DNA of 64,000 bases from positions 28,114,345-28,178,344 of the forward strand of contig NC_083405.1 in assembly GCF_020745735.1 (NCBI RefSeq), written 5' to 3'. Positions within the stretch are counted from its first letter, which is position 1. Every line of letters begins with the position of its first letter. Of the stretch, positions 51,630 through 61,749 are shown one piece after another. Made by a program: the position numbers and the translations under genes. Source of the stretch: Hemiscyllium ocellatum (taxonomy: Eukaryota). The notes beneath the pieces were generated by a model. It was not told the DNA's origin, ran no database searches, and saw nothing but the letters and a program-made list of their open reading frames with translations.

Positions 51630-51970
51630 GGGAAGTGATAGTTCAAAGACATTAGCATTAGATTACTAATCCAGAGATCCAGAGTTCCTGGGTCCCATGT
51701 TCAAATTCTGCCATGGCAGGTAATGGAATTTGAATTCAATAAAAATCTGGAATTATGGGATTAATAATGACTATTGTTGATTGTTGGGAACAATCCATCG
51801 GGTCACGAATGCCCTCTAGAAAGAAAGCTGCAGTCCTTGCCTCATCTGACCTACATGTGACCCTAGACCTACAGCAATGTGGTTCACCCTGTCCTCCAAT
51901 CAATTAGGGATGGGAAATAAATGCTGGTCATGTCAGCAATACCTATATTCTGTGAATACACACAAAAAAG
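51630..51970 (+). mobile_element. Shark tRNA-derived SINE with CR1-type tail
   Basis: taatccagag...ggaatttgaattcaataaaaatctggaatt...ctacatgtgac...caattagggatgggaaataaatgctgg; tail shared with the LINE end at ~63090-63125; second copy at 54357. Confidence 0.65.
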
Positions 51971-52149
51971 TCTACACAATGCCCTTCAGTGACATCTTCT
52001 AAAAAAAAATGATGATTCATGACACTCACCTGTACTTCACCGTCAGTTCTGTCAACTGTTTGACTGTCTTTGATTTGTAACACTTAGTTATTCAACACTC
52101 AGTATTGGATGAGAAGAAATTCTCTCTAATTAAATTTCTAGAAGCTCAA

Positions 52150-52830
52150 AGCTATTGGCTTTGGTCCCTCTCCCAAATTCTGTTGCATCATTAGTGACTC
52201 CATCCATCTCCCTAGAAAATGGTTGATGCTGAACCAAGCTCTTCAAAATCAAATTGTCAATTTTTACATAAAGTTGAAATTCTCAACCAATATCCTCTCC
52301 ATTATGATCCGGCTAATTTTTGCCATGCTGTTTTTATAACATCCAGATTAGACAATGCACCTCTTATCTTATACCGTTTAAACTGAGCCCATTCATAATT
52401 GCCACCCATACCTTGCATGCAGCACTCCCCATTCACTCGTCATCTCTATACCTCCTGTCTTGCATTATCCAGCAATATATTGAACTTAAAATTCCTTTCC
52501 TTGTTTGCATCTCACCCCCCACTTATCCCATAACCTCCTTGAGTCCTATAAACCCTGATATTTCTGCTCTTCTTCATTTCTGGACCCTTTTTAAATCACT
52601 TTAGCAATAGCATTAAGAAGCTTACTTCATAAAATCTGGAGTTCCATCCTTAAATTTCTCTCCCATTCTATTGCTCTCTTTCTTTAAAGTGCTCCATAAA
52701 ACTTTTGTGCAAGCTTTTACTCAATTCCTTAACATCTCCTTATGTAGCTTGGTGTCAAGCGTTATTTGATAGTTCATTAATGAAGTGCCTTAGGACATTA
52801 CACTAAGTCAAGTATGCTGTACAAGTGCAA
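52150..52830 (+). mobile_element. Degenerate L2-type LINE 3' fragment
   Basis: Pyrimidine-rich L2 ORF2-end pattern and tail (atgtagcttggtgtc...gaagtgccttaggaca...gctgtacaagtgcaa). Boundaries approximate. Confidence 0.5.
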
Positions 52831-53394
52831 TATGCTTTTACTGTTGTTGGATGGATGAGTCAGATCCATCAACATCACAGTGGAACTTTGTATGATTATA
52901 GCTCTTATGACAGCTTCTTTGGTACATTGATGGTTGCCAATTTAGCTTGGGGGAGATTGAGTTCAAAGGGGCTTCATAGGCATCATTCCTGTCCTCTACT
53001 ACTATGTTGGTATTGCTGAAGTGCCATTTCAGGAGAGTGGTTTGGCTGTTTGGAAGAGGCTCATGACCTCCTCCTTCAGAATGATGGCATATCTACTTCT
53101 CACTCTATTAGTATCTTTGAAATGCTAAGTATACAGCCAACCCCAACATCTGCAAACTATATCAAGACACAGTGATCTTCAAATGATCTCCTTTAGGTCC
53201 AGAACTGCTTGAGACAGCCATCCTTGGTAGCTCAAGAAGTTTAAGAGCCATTAATCGTTCAACCCTCAAATTTCGGTGGTGAGTTTCTTTGTAAGTTTTA
53301 AAATAAAGAAAGTTAATGATGATCCCTCATTGACTTCAGAGGTTAACAAATGTGACCATTCACCCATTCCACTCACATACTATGTCACACACAA

Positions 53395-54077
53395 GGCCCC
53401 AAGGGATCCTTCCATATCCGCCACAAGTTCACCTGTACCTCCACACACATCATCTATTGCATCCGCTGCACCCGATGTGGCCTCCTCTATATTGGGGAGA
53501 CAGGCCGCTTACTTGCGGAACGCTTCAGAGAACACCTCTGGGCCGCCCGGACCAACCAACCCAACCACCCTGTGGCTCAACACTTTAACTCGCCCTCCCA
53601 CTCCACCGAGGATATGCAGGTCCTTGGACTCCTCCACCGGCAGAACATAACAACACGACGGCTGGAGGAGGAACGCCTCATCTTCCGCCTGGGAACCCTC
53701 CAACCACAAGGTATGAATTCAGATTTCTCCAGTTTCCTCATTTCCCCTCCCCCCACCTTGTCTCAGTCGGTTCCCTCAACTCAGCACCGCCCTCCTAACC
53801 TGCAATCTCCTTCCTGACCTCTCCGCCCCCACCCCACTCCGGCCTATCACCCTCACCTTGACCTCCTTCCACCTATCCCACCTCCATCACCCCTCCCCCA
53901 AGTCCCTCCTCCCTACCTTTTATCTTAGCCTGCTTGGCTACTCTCTCTCATTCCTGATGAAGGGCTTATGCTCGAAACGTCGAATTCCCTATTCCTGAGA
54001 TGCTGCCTGGCCTGCTGTGCTTTGACCAGCAACACATTTTCAGCTGTGATCTCCAGCATCTGCAGACCTCATTTTTT
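53395..54077 (+). mobile_element. 5'-truncated Penelope-like element (GIY-YIG endonuclease C-terminus plus 3' pLTR with hammerhead)
   Basis: Stop-free frame 53392-53817: GPKGSFHIRHKFTCTSTHIIYCIRCTRCGLLYIGETGRLLAERFREH...VAQHFN...RRLEEERLIFRLGTLQPQGMN (GIY-YIG with CCHH). 8-bp direct repeat ACACACAA at 53387-53394 and 54078-54085 is a likely target-site duplication. Confidence 0.92.
53950..53985 (+). ncRNA. Minimal type I hammerhead ribozyme motif in the PLE 3' region
   Basis: ATTC-CTGATGA-A-GGGC(TTAT)GCTC-GAAAC-GTC^-GAAT: conserved cores, helix II, helix I (ATTC/GAAT) and palindromic ACGT helix III; predicted cleavage after C53981. Confidence 0.75.
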
Positions 54078-54356
54078 ACACACAAATTTTAGACAGAGAC
54101 GAGTAAGAAAGCTAAAACAAGAGCATTACAAATCCGAGTGATATCATTCCCTTTCTTAATAGGCCAGTAGTTTCTTAGATGAGTTGATACTTTAGCTGGT
54201 GCGAAGGTCTTGCAAAGCTGAGGATTATCAGCAAGCAGTGAATAGTTGAATTGTCAGGAGGTTTGTTTTCAGGTGAATTTGAAATTATAACAGGTTGGCA
54301 AGTGTTCTTTTTCCACTTTAAAGGTATCCCTGTTTATTAGCCTACCGACTTAGTAT

Positions 54357-54590
54357 GGGGAGGTGATGCCTTGTGGTGTTATCACTGGACTGTTAATCCA
54401 GAGACCTGGGTATGTTCCAGGGCAGAAGGTACAAATTGAATTCAATTAAAAACCTAATGATGGCCACAAGTTGATTGTCAGAATAATGCATCTGGTTCAC
54501 AATATTCTGTAGGGAAGGAAACTGCTATATTAGCTGTCTGGTTTACATGTGAATCCAGACCCACAGCAACGTGGTTGATTCTTAATTTCA
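54357..54590 (+). mobile_element. Shark tRNA-derived SINE (3'-truncated)
   Basis: ggggaggtgatgccttgtggtgttatcactggactgttaatccagagacc...catgtgaatccagacccacagcaacgtggttga; same family as the copy at 51630. Confidence 0.65.
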
Positions 54591-55409
54591 CCTCGGTGGG
54601 TAAACTTTACTCAAAAAGAACAGGGGGAAAAGGGAATTAAGTTATAATTTTGAGAAATACAGGATCTAATCATTCTCTAATTGCAAGAGATTAATGTATT
54701 TGCACTCTTTCTGACCTGTTATCCAAGAGCACAGTAACTTGTCGGATGGGTGGGCAGAAATTTAGCATTCCCCTATGTAAGATCAGGTAGGAGTGCAAAC
54801 TCAAGACTGGGGAAGTAACAGTGTGAGTGATTGACAGGGTGACAGTTCCAGGAATACATTTTGTTCTTGGGAATGATTTAGCAGGATCCAAGGCAGGAGT
54901 GACACCCCTTGTTGTGGAGAAGCCAAAGGAAAACCAGGGAACTGAGGGGTTAAAAGAAAAATATTCTGGAATTTTTCCAGACTGTGAAGTAACAAGATTC
55001 CAGTTAGGTTCAGTTAGCAGATACCCTGTTTGATGTAATCGTGCAGGAAAAACCTGAACAGGCAGAGGCTCACGCAGAAGTGTTTAGTCTGGAAAGGCTA
55101 GTGGACTCACAACAGAAAGATGAGACAATAAAAGATATATACATTGATGCATGCTCAGAAAAAGAGTCAGAATGTATTCCTGAGTGTTATTACTTTAAAG
55201 ATAGAATCCTAAGGTGAAAATGGAGACCACAGCAGGTTAGAGCAGAGGAGAAATGGGTGGAAGTGCACCAGATTGTGTTGCTGGTAGCATACAGACAGGA
55301 AGTGTTATGGGTAGCACATGAACAACCTGTAGGAGATCACCCAGGTGTGAGGAAGACTCAGGCTAAGGCCCAAAAGCATTTCTATTGGCCTGGACTGCAC
55401 AAGGATATG

Positions 55410-55888
55410 AGGAAAAAACAATGACTGCAGATGCTGGAAACTAGATTCTGGATCAGTGGTGCTAGAAGGGCACAGCAGTTCAGGCAGCATCCAAAGTGCA
55501 GCGAAATCGACGTTTCGGGCAAAAGCCTTCATCAGGAATAAAGGCAGTGAGCCTGAAGCGTGGAGAGATAAGCTAGAGGAGGGTGGGGGTGGGGACAAAG
55601 TAGCATAGAGTACAATGGGTGAGTGGGGGAGGGGATGAAGGTGATAGGTCAGGGAGGAGAGGATGGAGTGGATAGGTGGAAAAGGAGTTAGGCAGGTAGG
55701 ACAAGTCCAGACAAGTCATGGGGACAGTGCTGAGCTGGAAGTTTGGAACTAGGGTGAGGTAGGGGAAGGGGAAATGAGGAAACTGTTGAAGTCCACATTG
55801 ATCCCCTGGGATTGAAGTGTTCTGAGGTGGAAGATGAGGCGTTCTTCCTCCAGGTGTCTGGTGGTGAGGGAGCGGCGGTGAAGGAGGG
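55410..55888 (-). mobile_element. Second 5'-truncated Penelope-like element inserted in the Gypsy integrase
   Basis: Reverse complement encodes ...LEEERLIFHLRTLQSQGINVDFNSFLISP followed by a pLTR. It splits the integrase between HFYWPGLHKDM and VNFCCSCHTCQ. Confidence 0.9.
55505..55539 (-). ncRNA. Hammerhead ribozyme motif (degenerate) in second PLE
   Basis: Minus strand ATTC-CTGATGA-A-GGC(TTTT)GCCC-GAAAC-GTC-GATT. Confidence 0.6.
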
Positions 55889-58287
55889 GTTAACTTTTGC
55901 TGTTCATGTCATACATGCCAAATGGTAGGTAAGCCACAGGCAGTAATAAAACCAGCATGTTTGCTGCCATTTCCCACATTTGAAGAACCTTTCACGTGGG
56001 TTATGATCGATTGTGTAGGTCCCCTTCCTAAAACTAAAAGTGGGAACCAGTACTTGCTAACCATAATGGATGTATCTACCAGATTTCTGGAGGCAATTCC
56101 ACTATGGAGTATTAAGGCAAAAGGGGTGGGAGAGGAGTTAGTAACTTTCTTCACGAGGTATGGGCTACCCAGAGAAATTCAGTCAGACCAAGGGTCTAAT
56201 TTTACCTGTAGGCTGTTTAAGGAAGTCATGGATAGCTTAGGTATGCAGCATTTTAAGTCAGGTGCAATACATCCTAAATCCCTGGGGCTTTGGAAAGGTG
56301 GCATCAGACACTGAAGACCATGTTAAGAGCATATTGTCAGGATTTCCCGAATGACTGGTATAAAATTATTCCATTTGTATTGTTTGCCATTAGAGATACC
56401 CCAAACAAATCTACTCAGTTTACTCCATTTGTGTCAATATTCAGACATGAAGTGAGAGGGCCTTTGAAATTAATTAAAAAGAAATCGACAGGACTGAAGC
56501 TGGAAATCTCACAATTGGATTACATATCTGAGGTGAGAGCGGGATTAAATTGGATAGGTGAGTTAGCTAAACAGCACCTGAAGAGGACACAGCATAGAAT
56601 GAAACAGATGGCAGATAAAACCTCTAAACTTCAGATGTTTTCCCATGGGGATGCTGTGTTAGTATTGTTACCAGTGGTAGGAGATCCCTTCAAAGCGAGG
56701 TTTTGTGGTCCCTACCAAAATGAGAAAACATTGTCAGATAAACTATCTGGTAAAGATGAAAGGAAAAAACTGTATTGGGTATGTCATATGAATATGTTGA
56801 AACCTTATCATAATCGAGACAGGAAATTGGAAATACAGGTCTTAGTTAATGTCCTGCAGAGTGAGGAATCAAGTCCAGGTGTTGAGGAGTTTTATGTTCC
56901 TCAAAATTCATTAATCAATGAGGAAGTCCTTGAGGAGTGGGATATGCTTCAGGAGCAAAGAATCCAGTTGAAAGGTTTGTTGCAGCAGTATGAGGACTTA
57001 TGCAGGAATAAGATGGGGAGGGCTAATACTATTGTGCGTGAGGTGCAAGTAGGAAATGCTGTTCCAGTAAAACAACTTTTTCAGACTTAATCCATTCAAA
57101 GCCACACAGGTCCCGAAGGAAGTGAATGTGATGCTTAAAAAAGATAGCATCAAACTGAGTCAGGGTGAGTGGAGTTCGTCAATTGTGTTAGGTCTCAGAC
57201 ATGATGGGACTCAACAATTTTATGTGGACTATCGGAAGGTCAACACTGTAACAAAATTGGACTCATACCCAATACCAAGGTTGGAGGAATGTATGGAGGA
57301 AGTTGGACAAGCTAGGTACATCACAATGTTGGACTTACTGTGTGATTATTGACAGGTATCTTTATTAGAGAAAGTGAAAGAGGTTACTGCATTTGTAACC
57401 ACAAATGGACTATATCAATTCAAAGTGATGCTTTTGAAATGAAGAATGCTCCAGTCAAATTCCAAAGACTCATGCAAAGAGTTGTGGCTGGGTTAACAAA
57501 CTGTGCAGTTTATTTGGATGATGTAGTGATCTTTAGCGAGTACATGGTACAGTTGGCAGAGCTCTTTGAATGATTACAAGAAGCAAAACATGTTATAAAC
57601 TTTAAAAAAAGGGGAAAAACAGAAGTGACGTTCTTGGGACATAACATCGATCATGAAAGGTTGACCCTAAGGAATGCCCAAATGAAGGCCATCAAAGAAT
57701 TTCCACAACCTCCTCAAAGAAAGAGGTGTTTTGATGTGTGGGATTAAATGGATTCTAACAGATGTTTGTTCCAAACACCAGCAGCACCATTAACAGATTT
57801 ACTGAACGAACACATAAAATTTCAGTTGACAGAACATTGCCAGGAAGCAAACCAGTTTTAGCTGCACCAAATTTTTTTGCAAATTTGCAATTGATGCTAG
57901 TGATATAGGAGTTGAAGCTGAACTGCTATAGGAAAACGATGATGAAATTGAAGGCCAATTGGCTACTTTTCAAGAAACTCAACACCCACCAGAAAAAATA
58001 CTCTACCATTAAAAAGGAATTATTGAGTTAGGTACTGGCCTTACAACTGGGAATGTTTATGTGATGAACAATATGCCACAGACAGTTGTGTACATGGATC
58101 ACAATCTGCTTACATCCTTCGACCCATTTAAAGGCAAGAATATGAGACCATTTCATTGGAGTCTTATGTTACAGACTTTTAATTTACAAATTGTACATGT
58201 TGCTGGTTGGAAAAATATGATAGCTGATGCATTATCGCAGATTTAAAGGATAAAGTATGGATAAGGTTGAACAGATTCCAATGTCTT

Positions 58288-58347
58288 TATATATATATAT
58301 ATATATATAAATATTATATATATATAGTGTGTGTGTGTTTGTGTGTG
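58288..58347. repeat. (TA)n(GT)n microsatellite in Gypsy 3' region
   Basis: Visible dinucleotide runs. Confidence 0.85.
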
Positions 58348-58468
58348 CAGATATTAATATGAGTTTAGATTAATGTCCTATGTATTTCATTGTAATGGGA
58401 TTAAGAGTTAGAAAAAAAATAAGCCATCTTTTCATTACGATGGTTCCTTTTTCTCTTAAGGGGGAAGA

Positions 58469-59884
58469 TGTTATGAAGTTGAAGGTCAGTACTGTACCTT
58501 TAAGTGAGAGTGAATGCTGTTTTGCACTGAGAGCGTACAAGCACCTGACAAATGACTAGCTAGCAGTCTCAGAGTGTACTGGACAATTGAAAATATGTAG
58601 TATTTGGCTATGAGGTGGATACTTGAGTTGGTTGCTGTTTTGACAAGAATTTAAATTTAACTAAACAGTTTAAATTATGCCTCAGGATACTAAAACCGAT
58701 CGAGTTTGAATTAAGTGTCTGGCCAACCTTGAACCAATGAGACAATCCGATGTTGGGGTTATAAAAAATGCAAGCATTTTGAAAGTCAGGCAGAGTAACT
58801 GCCATCGAGAGAGTACTGCCATTGAGAAAGAGAGAGAGAGAGAGAGGAAGAGGGAGAGGGACAGGGCACAGAGCACCAGGTACAAGGCACAGGGCAGGGA
58901 CAGGGACAGGGACAGGGACAGAGACAGGGACAGGGTCACCAAAAGATTGAAACGCACTCTAACAAAGGTACTTTTTCATATGAAACATCTTCACAGTAAA
59001 TATAAACAAGACCACCAAGGGAGATTTTTAGGCAGATGAAGACAGACACCGACAACAACAGCCGCTGTATGGTTTTGAAATTAAGTTGGTGTAATTTTAT
59101 TAAGTGTTCTATTGGAACAGTATATTGTTATAGAGTTGAAGGCAGATAATAAACGTTGAAGACCAAGGGGGCTTAGAGTTGTGAATAGTTGTTGTTTAAT
59201 GTTCACTGAGAGTTAAACAATAAATTGATTTAAATTCTTTAAATAGTGGAATTTGAGAGTAGTCTGTCATTCATATTTTAATAGATTACGAGGTGAGGTG
59301 CACTTTTAGAGTCGTAGAGATGTACAGCATGGAAACAGACCCTTCAATCCAACCCATCCATGCTGACCAGATATCCCAACCCAATCTAGTCCCACCTGCC
59401 AGCACCCAACCAATATCGCTTGAAACCCTTCCTGTTCATGTGCCCATCCAGATGCCTTTTAAATGTTGCAATCGTACTAACCTCCACCACTTCCATTGGC
59501 AGCTTATTCCATACACGTACCAGCATCTGCATGACAAAGTTGCCCCTTAGCTCTCTTTTATATCTTAAATGCAAGGTGCTGCATTTCAGGAAAGCAAATC
59601 TTAGCAGAACTTATACACTTAATGATAAGATCCTAGGGAGTGTTGCTGAACAAAGAGACCTTGGAGTGCAGGTACATACCTCTTTGAAAGTTGAGTCGCA
59701 GGTAGTTAGGATAGTAAAGAAGGGTTAGGACAGTAAAGAAGGGTTTGGTATGCCTTCCTTTATTGGTCAGAATATTGAGTACAGGAATTGGGAGGTCATG
59801 TTGCAACTGTACAGGACATTGGTTAGGCCACTTTTGGAATTGTTTGGTTTAATTAACAGAGGGGTTCACCGTAGTGTTGTAACA
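58469..59884 (+). repeat. 3' LTR of the Gypsy element (interrupted by CR1 insertion 59308-59828)
   Basis: Starts TGTTATGA right after the PPT and ends TTGTAACA (terminal inverted repeat). Contains CCAAT (~58734), TATAAAA (~58760) and (AG)n/(GGGACA)n simple repeats at 58826-58935. Confidence 0.8.
59308..59828 (-). mobile_element. CR1-type LINE copy with 5' inversion
   Basis: 59308-~59565 is the minus-strand ORF2 C-terminus and 3' tail (YKRELRGN...VWNKLP...FKRHLD...GRWD). ~59566-59828 is a plus-strand upstream ORF2 piece (KCKVLHF...RDLGVQV...LYRTLVRP). Flanked by CACTTTT at 59301-59307 and 59829-59835. Confidence 0.85.
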
Positions 59885-60145
59885 ACAGCAACAGCCTGAT
59901 ATAATTATACTCGTGAAATCATACCTTACAATGTTCTGGGCACCACCATCACCATCCCTGGATATGTCTTGTCTCAGTGCCTGCAAGTTGGTGGCACAGT
60001 GATATACAGTCAGATGGGAGTTGCCCTGGAAGATTTCAACATTCAGTCCATGAAATCTCATGGCTTCCGGTTAAACATGGACAAGGAAGCTCATGTTCAT
60101 TATTACATTCCATCCTCCCTGAACTGTTAAATCAGCACTCCTCCA

Positions 60146-60420
60146 TGGGGTCGGAGAGTCCAGAACTAGAGGGCATAGGTTTAGGGTGAGAAGGGAAAGA
60201 TATAAAAGAGACCTAAGGGGCAATGTTTTCGCACAGAGGGTGGTACGTGTGTGGAATGAGCTGCCAGAGGATGTGGTGGAGGCTGGTACAGTTGCAACAT
60301 TTAAAAAGCATTTGGATGGGTATATGGATAGGAAGGGTTTGAAGGGATATGGGCCGGGTGCTGGCAGGTGGGATTAGATTGGGTTGGGATATCTGGTCGA
60401 CATGAACGGGTTGGACCAAA
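60146..60420 (+). mobile_element. CR1-type LINE 3' end
   Basis: SRTRGHRFRVRRERYKRDLRGNVFAQRVVRVWNELPEDVVEAGTVATFKKHLDGYM, the CR1 ORF2 C-terminus. Confidence 0.88.
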
Positions 60421-60491
60421 TATGACCTTTCTCGAAGGTGGAAAATTATCCAGGTATGTGCTGACCAATGAAACTCCTTACATCTTATGAA

Positions 60492-60818
60492 ATTTGATTC
60501 CCCACAGTATGGAAACAGGCCCTTTGGCCCAAGAAGTCCACAACAACCCTCTAAACAGTAACCCACCCAGACCCATTTCCCTACCCTATATTTACCCCTG
60601 ACTAATGCACCTAACACTATGGGCAATTTAGCATCGCCAATTCACCTAACCTGCACATCTTTGGATTGTGGGAGGAAACCGGAGCACCCGGAGGAAACCC
60701 ACGCAGACATGGGGAGAATATGCAAACTCTACACAGACAGTTGCCCGACGCAGAAAGCGAACCCAGGTCCCTGGCACTGTGAGGCTGCAGTGTTAACCAC
60801 TGAGCCACCATGCCACCC
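60492..60818 (-). mobile_element. HE1-like V-SINE (elasmobranch tRNA-derived SINE)
   Basis: Head GGGTGGCATGGTGGCTCAGTGG (A box) and GGTTCG (B box); V-domain GTTTGCATATTCTCCCCATGTCTGCGTGGGTTTCCTCCGGGTGCTCCGGTTTCCTCCCAC; CR1-like tail GGGCCTGTTTCC. Confidence 0.88.
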
Positions 60819-60825
60819 TTATATT

Positions 60826-61720
60826 AATATCTTGGCTGAGAAAAGTGAATGTATTGTAGCCAAGTTTGCAGGTGACGCAAAATAGGTAGGGTGGCAAGTG
60901 TTGAGGAAGACACGAAGAGTCTGTAAAGTGATCAAGACAGGTTGGGCAATAATTTAGCAGTGGGAATAGAATGTGTAAAAAGTTGAGGTTATGCACTTTG
61001 GCAGGATGAGTAGAGGAACTGAATATTATTTAAATGGCAAAAGACTGCAGAAAGTTACAGAACAGAAGGAATTCGAAATCTTTGCCATAATCCAAGTTAA
61101 CATCCAAGTTCAGCAAACAATAGGAAAGGCAAACGGAATGCAGGCCCTTTTTTCAAAGGGGATGGAGTATGAAAGTAGGGAGGTTTTGCTAAATCTATGC
61201 AAGGCATTAGTCAGACTACAGGTAGAATACTGTAAACAGTTTTGGGCTCCTTGTTTAAGGAAAGATATATTGGCATTGGAGGCAGTCCAGAGAAGGATCA
61301 CTAGGCTGGTACCAGGAATGGAGTGATGATCTTATGAGGAAAGGTAGCATAGATTGAATATTATTGGAATATGGAAGAATGAGGGGTAATCTTAATGAAG
61401 CGTACAAGATTCTTAGTAGACTTACAGAAAAGATGTCTCCCCCTTGGGAGAATCTCAGAGTAATTTCAGAATAAGGAGTCTGACACTTAAGACAGAGATG
61501 AGGAGGCATTTCTTCTCTCAGAGGGAAGTGAATCCATGGGCTGCTGAGGCTGGGTCATTAACTATATTCAAGGCTGAGATGGACAAATTTTTAATTAGTA
61601 AAGGAACATAAGAGTTATGTGGAAAAGGCATGCAAGTGTATTTGAGAGCTAACAGATCTTCTATGATCAAATGAAACAGACTCAATGGGCTGACAGGCTG
61701 AAATATGGCCACACATGTTA
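60826..61720 (+). mobile_element. Degenerate CR1-type LINE ORF2 3' half
   Basis: KFAGDAK (from KFADDTK), VMHFG, LVRLQVEYCKQFWAP and LEAVQRRITRLVPGM; many stops and frameshifts. Confidence 0.85.
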
Positions 61721-61749
61721 TGGTATTATGAATGCACAACGTTCAGCAC

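Larger units (their letters stand above)
54590..59884 (+). mobile_element. Degenerate Gmr1-like Ty3/Gypsy LTR retrotransposon (PR-IN-RT-RH, PPT, 3' LTR); gag and 5' LTR missing
   Basis: Protease ILRNTGS (DTG>NTG, ~54647-54667) and LGNDLAG. Integrase HHCC, IDCVGPLP, SDQGSNF, ERWHQTLK and GPY (55300-56820). RT VDYRKVN and YLDDVVIFS (57050-57700). RNase H DASD (~57890-58246). PPT AAGGGGGAAGA at 58458-58468. Multiple frameshifts and stops. Confidence 0.9.

Noticed and set aside
398-53300. Remaining 60-138 aa ORFs outside the Hox exons
   Set aside because: Mostly non-ATG starts, low-complexity AT-rich translations, or antisense overlaps of Hox exons; consistent with chance ORFs in non-coding vertebrate DNA.
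58826-58935. RD/ER-repeat protein ORF (58737-59039) or a CRISPR-like array
   Set aside because: Simple (AG)n and (GGGACA)n repeats inside an LTR; no unique spacers, and the context is eukaryotic.
60740-60818. tRNA gene
   Set aside because: The A and B boxes belong to the tRNA-derived head of a V-SINE; no complete cloverleaf.
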